Below, piece by piece: positions 1 through 27,782 of a DNA stretch of 64,000 nucleotides; the stretch's first letter is position 1; each line of letters starts with the position of its first letter. The stretch covers positions 64,170,001 to 64,234,000 of the forward strand of contig OX597817.1 of the NCBI GenBank assembly GCA_951406725.2, in the 5' to 3' direction. The notes below the pieces were generated by a model. That model was not told the origin of the DNA and ran no database searches. It saw only the letters and a list, made by a program, of their open reading frames with translations. The translations under genes and the position numbers were made by a program. The stretch is from Octopus vulgaris. Its lineage: Eukaryota.

Positions 1-639
1 AAAACTCTAAAAGTAAAGAATAAAAACAGTTATAGCCTAACAACAGCCAGTCAAAAATTCCGGGCAAAAGAATTGGAGATGCTTTAGTGGTGGTGGGAGG
101 GAATCTCGTCACCCCGTGATCCCCTCTTGGGGCGCCCCTGTATTATGTGTATGTGACACATGTTTGTGTGTATGCGATGTGTATTATAGCCCCTGGCTAT
201 TTTACTTTCATACCCCCTTTTACCCTAATCCTAACGCTAACCCTAATCCTAAAATAGAGCGGGTACAAAAGTACACTGTTAGGATAAAAAGCCTAGTGCG
301 GGGGTCTTTCTCCCCATCACCACTATAGATGGTGGGCCTCTTACCCCAAATGTAGCTATTTTTCATTAGCTAAGTTCATTAAATGTCCGCGGCAACACAG
401 CAGAAATAACATCAAAAATACTCGTCAGTTATAACGATCTTTTCAAGAAATCAAAGAAAAAGTAAAATTTAGCTATAAACTCATTCGAACGAGCTTTGTT
501 CTCTCCAGAACGCCCGTCGGACATGCGCAGTAGCCATCCAGTCAAATGGTGACAGCATACTGATGATTAGTTTATACATCTCCACGCAAATCAGGGTAGG
601 CCTTTTACCCCAGGTGGACTCTTTACCCCAGTCTACCCT

Positions 640-1856
640 AATCAGATATAGAGTTGGAATTGTAAACTGGACTAAAAACGACATACGGAAACTTGAGAGA
701 AAAACTAGAAAGCTGTTGACAATACATGGTGCTCACCATCCAAAAGCTAATACCAACCGGTTGCACCCGAAGAGAGATCAGAGTGGAAGAGGCTTAATTG
801 CTGTGGAAGAGTGTGTATAGATGGAAAGAAAAAGCTCACTAGAATATTTACAGAACAGCACATAGAAACTACTAAAGAAGGTGAATGAGGAGCAAGTGAT
901 GAAGTGTGGAATAGGAGAAAAGGACAAGAATGGAATTCAAAGAGAGAACATTAAACAGATAGAAGAGAAACCTCTGCGTTGTCAATTTTGGAGAGCCACT
1001 GAAGATGTATGTGGAACAAAATCCAGGGCTTGGATAAAAAAAGGGGTAATTAAAAACAGGAAACAGAGAACCTGATTGTAGCAGCCCAGGATCAAACGAT
1101 AAAAACAAACTTGAGGAAAAATTAATATGGGAAGAATGTGTCAGAAAAATGTAGAGTTTGCGGAATTTGAAACGAGGTAGTAGTACACATTGTTGAAGAA
1201 TGTCCCAAGTTGGCACAGGAAGAATATAAGGAATGGAGACATGACCAAGCTGTAAAAAAGTTGTACATTGGAAACTTTGCCAGAAATTGGGATCTGAAGC
1301 GGGAGATACACGGCGTGAACATCGGGGCCGAAAGAGTGCTGGAGTCGGAGAATTGTAAGATTTTGTGGGACTTTCCTATTCAAACGGATAAGAAGCTAGA
1401 AAATAATAGACAAGGAAAAGCGAAGTTGCTTATTAATTGATCCATTATGTCCGTTTGATTCTAGGCTCGTAAAAAGAAAGATGATGAAAAACAATAAAAA
1501 TACAATCCCTTAAAATTTGGAATTGCAAGAATGTGGAATATGAAAACTGTAAAGGTTGTGCCTATGATAATTGGTGCATTGGGAACAGTAAGCAAATATA
1601 TAGACAAATGGTTAAAGGAGATTGGAATAGAATGTCCTGTAGAGCTTCTACAGAAAATTTGCCTCTTAGGGACGGGAAAGATTATCAGGAGGGTCTTAAG
1701 TACTTGAAATACTATTGAAAGCTAGTGGATACTTAAGGTTACAGTAACCCGCTACCCACAAAAATCCTGCCAGGAATAAGAGTGAACCTGAGTCAAATCA
1801 ATAATAATAATAACAAAAATAACAAAACAACAACAATAATAACAATAACAATAATA
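640..1856 (+). mobile_element. 5'-truncated, decayed R4/Dong-like non-LTR retrotransposon (RLE endonuclease)
   Basis: Frame-broken peptides NWTKNDIRKLERKTRKLL, RGLIAVEE, CRVC...HIVEEC (CCHC), RHD, ILWDFPIQTD, VVPMIIGALG and LQKICLLGT, followed by a (TAA/CAA)n tail. Confidence 0.88.
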
Positions 1857-2665
1857 CGTATATTTTACCCCAGTGCCACTTTGATGAGATACACTGCTCT
1901 CTCACTCAATAATAATAAGTTCTTTTAACAAACTTTTTTCTTCTTTTTCTCTTCTCTTTCGCTCTGTTTCTTTTTCTTTTTTCTTTTACGTCTCTTTTTC
2001 TTTTTCTTTTTCTCTCCCTCCTCCCTACGCTTAAGGTATACTCCCCATTTCTCTCGTCTGTAATAACTCTCCTTTATATGTATACACTAAGAAGTTTTGT
2101 GCGCGTGCATGTATGCGTACATATGTTATGTGTGTATTTGTGTATATATTTATGTTTTACATATATATGTATACACCAAGAGATTTTGTACGCGTGCATG
2201 TATGCATACATATGTGTGTATTTGTGCGTATATACTGCTGAAAAGATGTTTATGTAATACAGCGTGAAATTCTTTAATTTTAATTTTAATGTGTTAATTG
2301 ACATATTTCGCATGTGATTATTTACCATATGTATTTGGAATCTGTCCTTCGATTTAAGGTTTTCTTCGATTTTACAATAGGATGAATTTATACTGAATTT
2401 ATTTTGTTCATTGCATGCTTAAGACAGTTAGTTGAAAGGACCAATGAAGCAAAACCATTTTCAAAGGTGTATCTTTTAAACTAGTTTTTTGTTTGTTTTT
2501 GTTTGATTATATCGTAATTTCTGTTCCATTCTAACAAAACTGTCCAACGAACGGGGAGTAAGTTTTTGTGATATTTCTGGTGCTTTTAAATAAAGCATAT
2601 TATCCGACCTCTGGTATTTGAGTACTCTTTTTTTCCACCTTGTTTCACATTTATGTGCTTACTCC

Positions 2666-2735
<70 letters not shown>

Positions 2736-2854
2736 CATATAATCAGCCGAAATTGCGAGAATGATCCGGTTCTTGACTGAAGATTGAAGGTTTCGAATGA
2801 CCCGTTCGTGTTTTTTGTATCGTCTTCTGAATGTTTTGCGTTCTTGTCCCATTT

Positions 2855-2925
<71 letters not shown>

Positions 2926-3859
2926 ATATATTGTAGAGACTGGATAGAAGTACAGCGTACACTATATATTGAACGTCAGTACTTATCAAAGAACAATAAC
3001 TGGTAGGATTGTCATTAAACTAAGCCAAGTCTGTTTCCCAGAGCGCCTCTACATTTAAGGCATAACCTTAGGAGGAATCTTGTTTTAACATTGCACAAAC
3101 ACTTGCCATTTACACAATGTTCCAGCAACTTAAAATGGTTAGCTGTACTGCCACTTGTTACCAATTTACAAGTGTTAAAAGTCTAGGTCATAGACACAGC
3201 GGGATAACTTGAGTTTGCCGTACACCTTTTATACAGGCTTATGCAACAGACCCCAAAACGCCGACCCCATAAAAACATCGCTCGGAGTGGAACGTTCCCT
3301 TGCCCATTCTAGTTACGCTACTGCATCGACAAAGCACCGATGGTGGAATATGAGCAGTGGACTAAACGAATAATCCAATATCACTCTATCAGAGATGAAT
3401 GTAAGAGCATTTATTTGGTCGTGTGACCTTCTAGAAATGGCAATCAAATCTCCTTTAAATCACAACATAGCATATTAAAGAAAGGATACTTTGGATAATG
3501 AGTGATGCTAGATAATCTGATTGAAAAATAAAAGACAAAATAGTTACAGCTGAACTGTTTTTTAATTATAGGTCTGCTTGATCGGCGATCGGTACTGACC
3601 AATAACCCTTGGAAAGTGGTTCTCGAAATCTATTAAAGATGCAGACCTCTATGTTTCAACGGACAATGTCAGTCAGATCAAACACAACAAAGAAAATAAC
3701 TGCGATTAGAAGAGCAGAGCAATGAGTACAACTTGTCAACTTACCTGAAACCTCAGACAAAAGAAAAGAGCTAAAGCGATGCAAACAGGAAATATCAGAA
3801 AAGAAATCGTTCAATTGTGAACTGCGAATCTCTAATCTGACGTCATTTGAATTGATGAT

Positions 3860-4625
3860 ACGTAATACCAACCATTCTTTATGTCGAAGCAATCGGTGTT
3901 CCAGAAATCTTTGACCTGGCTGTGCTACCGGTCGGCTTTACCGATTCGAGAAAGGTTGTCAAGGCATGGTACTGACATCTCCCCCACGTGTCCGAGGTGC
4001 GGGTGTGCCTGTGAAACGGTTGCGTACGCCTTCGTACACTGTGAAGAGTTGATGGCCTTTGCCGAACAGCTGTTGTCGGATGCCGAAAGAGTACGATTCT
4101 CGTCCGAGTCCATGATAAAGATTGTACCACCTTCCTCTTTCGCCAAAGAAAAGAAGGTAGCTTTTCTCTGCGTAGTAACCATACTGAAAGATGTGGTAAG
4201 GAAGACGCGAGAAAAAGGGGTTGCGACAGGTCAATTCATCTCCAGACGTGGGCTGGTGAATTACTTCGCTGCCCATCTGTCCAGCAAGATCCGTCTGGAG
4301 AGGAGGAGCCTGCTGCAAAGAGCCTTTGGAAAAAGATGGACGACAGTGGTAAGAAAGATGAGAATGCACGAGGCTGTGCTTGCACGGTCGGTCAGAGCAT
4401 AAAAGGAAGGGAAAAGATTACCAAAAGGGGATAACCAACCGGCGGGTTATCTCACTAACCCGGACCCAAAACTCATCCGATCATCATTTATATTTATAAC
4501 CCTCATTCACAATATATGTAAATCCATCCGGTTTTTCGCACTGTATATAAGAACCGAGTTTGTACCCTGAATGTCCCTTGTCTGTCCCCCTCTATGTAAA
4601 GCCTTTATAGGTTAATAAAGAAATA
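3860..4625 (+). mobile_element. 3' end of an L1/Tx1-like LINE (ORF2 C-terminal zinc finger plus 3' UTR)
   Basis: ORF 3881..4402 contains LTWLCYRSALP...CPRCGCACETVAYAFVHC (zf-RVT-like); AATAAA near 4614. Confidence 0.75.
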
Positions 4626-4718
4626 TCTTTCCTCTCCAGAACTTACCATGTAGTTTGTTTACCATGTCTGTTGTGTATGTGTATACATACAATGTAGAGG
4701 GAGAAACGGCCCCAAAGT

Positions 4719-4978
4719 CTTTACAGTTTTCATATTCCACATTCTTGCAATTCCAAATTTTAAGGGATTGTATTTTTATTGTTTTTCATCATCTTTCTTT
4801 TTACGAGCCTGGAATCAAACGGACATAATGGATCAATTAATAAGCAACTTCGCTTTTCCTTGTCTATTATTTTCTAGCTTCTTGTCCGTTTGAATAGGAA
4901 AGTCCCACAAAATCTTACAATTCTCCGACTCCAGCACTCTTTCGGCCCTGATGTTCACGCCGTGTATCTCCCGCTTCA
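4719..4978 (-). repeat. Inverted near-identical copy of 1296..1554 (part of the R4/Dong relic)
   Basis: About 260 bp reverse-complement match with only a few substitutions. Confidence 0.9.
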
Positions 4979-7606
4979 TATTTTAGCTGTAATCGTTAAA
5001 TGGTTCTTATTGAAGTAGTGTAATGAAAGTTAGTAATGAAGCAGTTCTGTTAGTACAATACAATACCAGACTGAAGGAAAATTTACCTTCAGGGTAAATT
5101 TTTCTTACCTGGGAGATAAATTTACTAATTTTGGATTTATATATATTTTTTAATAGCTTTAAATACTCTGAAACTGAAATGAAAATTTGATACTGAGTTA
5201 TTTTGCGAAAACAGGCAAAATCTTTTTCCTTTCTTCTGCTATATATTTAATGATTTGTATTGTATATATATTTCTTGTTAACGAATTTACTCAGGAGTTC
5301 TTAAACCTTTATTTCGTCATATCTGGCAATATTGGTGTATTAGGTGTGAAGAATAGTATAAAGCATACCATAGAGCAGAGAATTGATTCTATTTTTATTA
5401 ATTTAATATAAAGAATTCAAACCCCACCGTTGCAAAGTTTGCTCTCCATCCTTCTGAGATCGATAAAATAAAGCACCAGTTCAAAGACTTGGTGGTTAGG
5501 ACTCGATATAACTAGCTGTTCCCTCCCGCAAAATTTCGAGCCATATATTTATGTGAAAAATAAATTTAACTTAATTTAATCTTACATGTTTTAGTGAGAT
5601 GAATAAGCTTGGCTTTTTCTAACGAGTAACTCAATTCTTGGGACAGTTTCAGTGATATACACCCGCAAACAAGTAACTGTCTACACGTTACTGAGTGCAT
5701 TCTGCCTCTTAGACATACGAGAGGGCAAAAGTACAAGGATAATTGTGCCTTGGAAATACCTGTAAAAGGCACAGTGCACAGTCACAACACAGTTTAGTAA
5801 AAGAATATACATAGGAGCTACTCAAAATGAAATGAAAAGTAGACTATCCACACACCAACACTCTTTCAGAAATAGACATTTACTAGTTCGTCTAGTATTA
5901 CCACCACTTGGAAGTATGCTGGCTATTTAAGATGGCATATTTAGCATTATATTTCATAGGTAATTTCCACTAGTATGCACCCCACTATCAGTAGTCTCCC
6001 CTTAACTGTAAAAAAGTTGATAGCCGTATTGATTGCTCGTACTCATCTTATTTTTTTTTTGTTATGTTGAGATGGTGTGGAAGGGCATAAGAGGCCTCGT
6101 GCCACTTATGACATAGTCTTCTCTCCCACACCTTTTTATTTACAGGTTCATTTTTCTTCTTTATTTACGTCTTAACTTGCCCTTTCTTTAAATATAATTG
6201 ACCAATTGTAGAGATGGAAGGACTTTGGTTAGTTTCATTACGGACAATAGATGTTTGGTCTCTAGAATATTTCAGTAAGTACACCATTATAAAAACTCTA
6301 CAGGCTTGGTTTGGGATAAATATTAAATAGCTCTATTTACGAAATCATAAATACTCTTTGTTTTCTAGACATATTGGCGATTCCTGATTTACTTTAGTAC
6401 TAGTTTATCCTACTACTACTTATACACCCTGGAGCACCTACATAAAGAGATAAGCCATAAATTATTTCTCTAGCTCATTTGCTAGTTCACTCTTTTGCCT
6501 ATCAACTTCAAGCTTCACACTGCAAAATGGTATGATTCTAATATATTGAGCCTTCTAGCCTCATCGCGAGGCTCTGTTCTTTCCTCTCCTCTTTTCCCTT
6601 CGTTAATTTTATTTTATTTATTTATTGTATTTGTATTCACTCTGATGAAACTCCATGAACTAGATCGAATATGCGATAAAGATGGCGAATATTATTTTCA
6701 GGATTTTCTTTGTAAGCACCGATTGATATCGTCAGCCGAAACGGCTGTGAGAAATGTTATGTAATATGTTATGTTTTATATTAAAAGATAATTAACCGAT
6801 GTTCATCAATTTGTTTCCTTGTTGATCAAAAGTTTTCTCTATCTTCTGCTTATTTAAATTATATACATGAAATGGCTAAAATGAATTGACGAAAACCTTG
6901 AAAGTTTTGGAAATTTCGCCCTCAGAGGGGCAAAATTCTATGTAAATATTAATCAAGTTTGGAAGTGTAGGTGAGTAGGTAGGTAGATAGGTAGATACAG
7001 ATATACATGTCATGGAGTCTTTAGTCATCAGACAACAGAAGATGGTTCTGCAACTTCATGCTGAACAACCACCCTCATGATCAATTTATAGTGATCAAAT
7101 GTTTGTGCATACGTCACTCCCTCCATCAAATCAACATTACCTGTACAGGTGCATAAGTGTACCACACGTCAGATCTCGAAATGATCTTAGAGTAACATGA
7201 GATGAAGTGTTTTGCTCAATTGCACAATGTGCTATCTGGTCCAATAATCAAACCTGTGATCTAATGATCATGAATACAACACCTTAATCACCAGAGCATG
7301 CATCTTCACAGGCACAAACACAGACAGATAGATAAATATTAAAAAAATACAAGTGAAAAAGCAAAAGAAAGTAGCACTTAAGACATCTGGTCAAAATAAG
7401 AAGTATTTAATAGCAGTCTGTCTTAGTTCCAATTAATTACAATTCCTCTCTTATATTTGAACATTCAACCAATTATACAATTATTGTTTTATTAAATAAC
7501 ATTCAAACTGCCCAAAGGTAAATCCTGATTTTAAAATATATAATTAACAGACATAAAAGGTTTTTGGATGAATAAAAATGTGAACATGTAAAAATGTAGG
7601 ACTGTG

Positions 7607-21341
<13,735 letters not shown>

Positions 21342-21650
21342 TCTCTTGTATTAATTGTAGTTTTGTTGTCCAAGTAACTCGAAACAACTGCCAAGTTACA
21401 GGTTTATAGTTAACTAAAAAAGAGAATAAAATGTTTACCGTCAAAACGAAAAACGATGTCCACGTCTTGTCAACGAGCCAAAGTGAAATAAAATAAAATA
21501 ATTTACTTTTCAAAAATCATTTTATTTTATAAAACAATTCAATGTAATAATAAAATTTTTAAAGCCATTAATTTATTGTTACGAGATAGAAAAAAAATAT
21601 TATTTACATTTTAGTTGAAACCAAAATAAAATATATAAAACCTAAGCGGT
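21342..21650. promoter_or_regulatory. Putative bidirectional promoter of IFT25/LRRC42
   Basis: Short repeat-free interval between the two divergent 5' ends; inferred from gene geometry only. Confidence 0.6.
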
Positions 21651-21720
21651 TTGATCGTTCCTTTACAAATTTCCGATTTTAACTCTGCTTAAAACCGCGG
21701 GAATCTGCAATACAGAGCAG
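21650..21720 (+). other. LRRC42: Probable non-coding first exon of LRRC42 (start approximate)
   Basis: Consensus donor CAG|GTGAGT at 21720/21721 in a non-repetitive, CpG-containing segment opposite the IFT25 start. A matching strong acceptor (T-rich, tgtag) lies at 27700. Confidence 0.6.
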
Positions 21721-24700
21721 GTGAGTTGAATAATTCTATTAATGTCAGTCGAGTTAATAGTTATAATAATTAATTCATACAATGGACTAAATTTTATTCT
21801 GAGAAAGAAGATAAATCTCATGTTTCGAGCATGAATTCTTCGTTGGAGAGCGCTTCCTTTTATTTTCTTCTTTCTGACCATTGTCGCCTCCCTCCAAACT
21901 TACATGTTACCCTTTCCTCCTTTTTTTTTTTTTTTTTTTTAAAACCTCATCTCATTTATCCAAGTTTATTATTTTATTACTATTCCAGTTGACATTTCAT
22001 TTCCCGCCGACGAAGTTTTCTATCTGAAACATTAGACTTCTTCACTTGTTTTTCACTATTTGAATTATTTGTATTACTCTTTACTAAAGCCCAACAGCAC
22101 TAAATTTGCTAGGTATCTACTGTTTAATGTTAAAATATTTAATATATTAATCGTTTAGTAACTTCAGTCTGCGCTTAATCTCATTATTTACAGCTTGCAT
22201 AATAGTAAATTTCTTCTAATTTTTTGTCCGAAATCTTTTCTAATAAGTAGATGTTCTTTATATGAACGAACCATCACCATTACGGAACCTGTACGTGATT
22301 GATGGACTTGTCAGAAATAGCAGCCAAATTTGCTTCAAACCTCAACGGTCTTTTCAAAGGACGCATTGGATAATGTCTTAGGTATACTATTCCAAAAGAG
22401 GAAAAACGCAACGGCCATGGCTAGAATGACCATTCTTAGACGTTTGTTCAACCAGTAATGACCCCGGGTTAAACAACAATCTCTACCTTTTATTAAAAAT
22501 ACAGTTGTGAAATTTAGCAATTCTAACATCTTTGAGTGTTTATTACTCGTCACTCTGTACTTATGTATGTTTGAAAAACAATTCCACGGTCGGCATTAAA
22601 AAAACAAACAAACTATTATCTCTAGTATTCACATGTCAACGAAGGATGCGAACTAATTGAGGGAACCACTACATCGGCGTTCGACCTGCTAGAAATAATA
22701 TCCGAACTTTCATGTTATAGCTTTTAACTTTCTCAAAGAAAGAAGGATTCATTGAACTCGATAATACTATGTGGTGGTCCCGACTGGAATGCCTTTCATC
22801 ATAGATCTGTTTTTTTTTTTTTCACGGTTGACTTGATGCCACACAACTATGACAAATGAGGTATGAAGTGGCAAAAATAAATGTTTTGGAAAAGTTGTCA
22901 AAATACATTGGAAAATCTAGTAGATCGTTCAGTTCACGCACACATTGACTTGATTGCGTGTATGTGGGAGATTTTTAATAAAAGCTTACGTGGTCTAGGT
23001 TTGCTTGTTATCTAATTAGAAAAAAAGAGTGGTTGTTTAGGAAGTGCTCTCTCATACACTACCTGGTCATTAAGTCCTGCAGCGTAATTGTTATCTTCAA
23101 CCAACTTAGTAGCAAACCATGGTCTAGAAGACAATTAACATAACTAGTAACAGGTCATTTTATGATTCAACTACACTTACGATTGTATCAACCTTTTAAT
23201 GCAACTCGTAAATTTTGCAGTGTTGCGAATTTACGCTCGTAGTCTTTCGGAGATAAATTTGACAATTTTCATACATTTTGTTTCTGTTGCTTACAATCTA
23301 GATACGAATTTAATAATCTCCTTCTTTTTTGTCATTTTCCCCCTAGTCATGCAACACGTGGAAATGTATGTAAGCATATTGTTACGAATTTTAAGCGTGT
23401 TCAGCTTCTCAATAAGCAAGATTGTTAGTTCAGTCGATAAACTTGCTGTAATGTTTTTAGCACACCGGTTCCACATTGTCAAGTTGTAATTGGCATGGAC
23501 AAATTTGTTTCTGTAAGTGCAATTAAAGGAGAAAATTTTCCATATTTGCAATTTATGTGCACTTTATTTGGAGAAATAAATCATCTGTGCAACAAGAACA
23601 GTCTTCTGCTTAATTAGTGAATTTGTAGGCATGCCATGTGACCTAGTTTGACCTGGACAGTCTCTGGTATATCCCAGTGTTCCATTTGTTGTCTCATTAG
23701 CAAAATGTTACAGAATATTCAGGTTACTGAAATTTAAATTCTAAGAAGAAAAGATTAAGAAATATTAATGTCTTTACTTGTGGGTATATGATGTACTTGC
23801 ATTGTTATAATACTCTCATATTACAAGTAGGTATTGCAGTTTAAAGACATTTTGTTTGTGACTGGGTTCTTTAATAGAAAATAAAGTTAATGGTTTTCCT
23901 ATTTTATTTCTTATAAATAATGACTAGCATGCTCAAACTCTCTGTTTGAAGTTTTAAATCCTATTACAGGAAAGAGATGGATGCACATAAGAAAAATTCA
24001 GCTATAAAAATTCTTCATGCAAACACTTATATGAGAACTATAATTTAAAGACTATCTCAGTTTGATCCCTAAAATTTGAAGGTTGTATAAGAAATTGTGC
24101 TAATTCTACTTAAGTACAATCATCATCATGCATCTGTTTGCCATACTTGTATGGCATGGATGGTTTGACCAAAGCTGCACCAGGCTCCAGTCGGATTTGG
24201 CATGGTTTCTACAGCTGGATGTCCTTCCTAATGCCAACCATTTTACTGAATGTGTTGAGTGCTTTTTACATGTCACTGGACTCTGGCAGACCAGTCCTAT
24301 TCACCAGGGGGAGTGGCCTTAACACTTCTGCTGTGGAGTATGGTTCTTGTTGAGTACAGCAAGTCACCAAAAATCTAGGAGGTATATTACAAAAAGAGCT
24401 ACTGAGATATTGTCAGATGCCAAATCAAATTACAGAGTAATGTGAGGAACTTTTAACAATTATCTACAGTTCATAGTGCCCAACCTGACATTTTCTTATA
24501 ACTCAGTAATGCATATTTCATGAACATAATATAGAGATGTTTTTGAAGGTATAGATTACAATTGCATTGATGAAATTTTTATTTTAATATTTGCTAAGAA
24601 AAGAATTTCATACCATAATTGTTTCACATCAAAAAAAAAAAAAAAAAACTGAAATTAATTGAACTAGTACTATTTCTTATATTATCATTTATTATTATAT

Positions 24701-27700
24701 GAAATTGGGAGGCATGATGCAAAAATGATACAAAAAATGTGTTTGTTTAGCCTATTACAATGCAGATCAAAAGTATTTTGGATCCTGTTTCTTTTATATT
24801 GATAACACCATCATGTTGGGCAATAATCTATAAGTCATTACATAGTCAAAAAGGTATAAACTTTTTTGCTTTTCCTATATGAAAAAAAATTCATTTAAAA
24901 TATTTCAACATTGTCATAGTCTACACTTTTGAAAACATATCTCTGCAAAATTTTGTTTAAAAACCTGTATTATTAAGGAAGTTATGATAAAGCAAAGAGC
25001 ACTGAACTGCAGTACTCCTTTGGTTGCTACATCTCTACAACAGTCTTTGGTGACCAATGCATAACTGCCTCTTTGATTTCATTTTCTGGATAAGACATTA
25101 CCATAACCTATAAAATATAAAGACTAAAAGGTTTTGTATTTTTTTTTATCCATTGCTTATTTCAATCATTGGAGTACAACCATAATGAGGTAACACCTTG
25201 AAAGGTTTAATTGAAAGAATTCACCCTAGTACCTGTTTTCCAACTTCCATACTTATTCTGTCGGTCACTTTTGCCAAACCACTAAGTTATGGAGAAGTGA
25301 ACAAACCGACACCAGCTGTCAAGTGGTGAGGGAGTGATAAAAAGACACACATATACATACAGATACAATGCGCTCCCACACAGTTTCCATCTCCCAAATT
25401 CATTCACAAGGCAATAATCAGCCTGGGGCTATAGTTGAAGACACTTGTCCAAGGTGCTGTTGTAGTGGGGCTGAATCCCCAAACCACGTGGTCGCTAACT
25501 CCAAGTTAACTCGCCACAAATGTGAGTTGAATGAACTCACATCTGCAGTGAGTTAACTTAGAAATTCCAAGTGACAATGTGACCTTCATGTAATTAAGGT
25601 ACTTTCAGCTTGATGATTGGCTAAGTTGACAAATTATCACATCAGAGGATCAGCTAGCTAAGAAATATACATAGCCTGGATTTTACCAGTTCCACTCCCA
25701 AAATTTGGATTTATACGTGCATGTGTGTGTCCCACCACTGCTTGACTGATGAAATAAATACCAGGCTTAAAAATGAAAAAAAAAAGAAGTACTGGAGTTG
25801 ATTCATTCTACTAAAAATTCTCCAATGCACTACTCCTGCATGGTCACAGTCAAATGACTGAGACAAGTAAAAGATATGATGAAATTTAGACAGGCCAACA
25901 AGGGTGCCTCTAAATGGTTGCTAGAAATAACAGCCAAATCTCCCTCAACCCACATCCTACTGTCTTAAAAAGCAAAGAATAAAGTAGACAGTGTAGTAAT
26001 CCCTGTTATACAAAAATCAAGATGGACATGGCTGCACAGCTTTTGATTATAGAGCTGCTTAGTCAAGGGACCTGGAGCTAAACATCATAACCTTTAGAAT
26101 AGATAATTAAGTACAGGCTAATGAAATGTTGTGAGACCCAAAGAATTTTCAGTCAAATTACAAGTGTTATGAAAGATATTAATTTTAATATTGGTTTCGC
26201 ATTTTGGTGCAAGGCCAGCTATTTCGGGGGAGGAGGAAAGTCGATTACATCCCCGAAAGGATGAAAGGCAAAGTCAACCTCAGTGGGATTTGAGCTCAGA
26301 AAATAAGGGCAGATGAAATGCCACTAAGCATTTTGCCCAGTATGCTAACAATTCTGTCATCTTGCCACAGGTTGTAGCATGCTGGTCTGTGGATCTTTGC
26401 CAATCAGTTGGGTAGTATTTTGGGATGTGAAATGGGGTGGGGTGGGGGGGGGCTGCAATAGCCACTGTATTTCAGAATTGAAGTATTTTTTTAACTTCAA
26501 GAAAAGTTCATCTTTAGAATGTTGTTTTGGTTATTATGTTTGTGGGTGTTGCCAGGAAAGATAGACTTTGCGGGGCTTGTCTTTTTTCCCCAGTTTTGAT
26601 GGTTTTAACTGTGTTGTTCAAGGCTAGAGTATGTGAGTTTCAAAATTATTTCCTTGTGGATGAACGTTGGTAGTGAAACATTTTATATCTTGTCATCAGT
26701 ATTGTATTATGCCAATGCTTACCATATTTAATTACCCGGGGTGCATAAGTGAAAGCAGGGTGTTGTAATAACTTTGTCTTTGTCTGTATGTTTGCAAAAT
26801 TACTGGAAAATGGTGGAACAGATTTTTACCAAATTTGGCAGAAATACTCAGTGGGTGAGTGGTTCAAAATGATGAAAATTTGGTTTGATTATCTTCATGC
26901 ATACATAAATAAATACATAGATATGTGACTCTGTGTGTGTCTGTGTCTGTACATCGACGGATTCAAGGGTTTTGTTTATCTACAAGTTGATTTCTTAATT
27001 TCACCAGAGTATAAATATCTATAATGGTGATACTTAACAAAAAAAAAAAAATTTAATTAAACTTACAAATTTCTTAACCAAGTTTAGTCAAACACAAAGC
27101 TTAATTTAGTTCAATTAAAATACATGAGTAAGCAACGCATTGTAAGCCACACTATAATTTGTGAAAAGATTTATCTGCATGCAGAGTATGCATCGCCCCT
27201 CTGATGGCTTTTTTCATTTTTTTTTTTTTTTTTTTTTTTCTAATTTTCTGGATCTGGTAGAAGAGACTTTGCTGGCCCTCTAAGACTAGTGTGATTGATG
27301 CCATTAAATGTTTCTCTTCTTACAAGTCAACTTTTGCAGCTAAAAACATGAGAAGGGAGGTAATTCTAGAGCGCCTACATTTTTCATGGATTAACATGAT
27401 TACATGGCTGGATTAACCTAATTATAACTAGTTATCACGTGGATGTACAGTTTACTGCTGTAATACAGGGGTATTAAATAGTTGTTTCATTAGCTTGTAT
27501 TATAGCTTTCACACTTGCTACAAGCTTAAAGAAGGTTATAAAAATACTTTCTAAAATAAAAATCCTCTTTTAGTTTATGCTACAATGAAAATAGAGGTAT
27601 CACAATAATCCGGTGGATTACTATAGCACCCCCTGAAGAATTCTGTTCATTGAATTAAACACCATCTATTTGATGTTATTTTTTTCTTTTTTCATTGTAG

Positions 27701-27782
27701 ATCTGAATCTGGTGGCATGAATCTGTCACAATGAATTCAGTGTGTCTTACACCATTATTGAGACAGGATTTCTCTGTGTAAG

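Noticed and set aside
220-252. Telomere-like (CCCTAA)n
   Set aside because: Only about 5 degenerate units inside an interspersed repeat; not a chromosome end.
2770-2805. Hammerhead-like CTGAAGA...TTCGAAT (also minus strand near 51550-51570)
   Set aside because: GAAA is replaced by GAAT in both copies, and stems I and III could not be paired.
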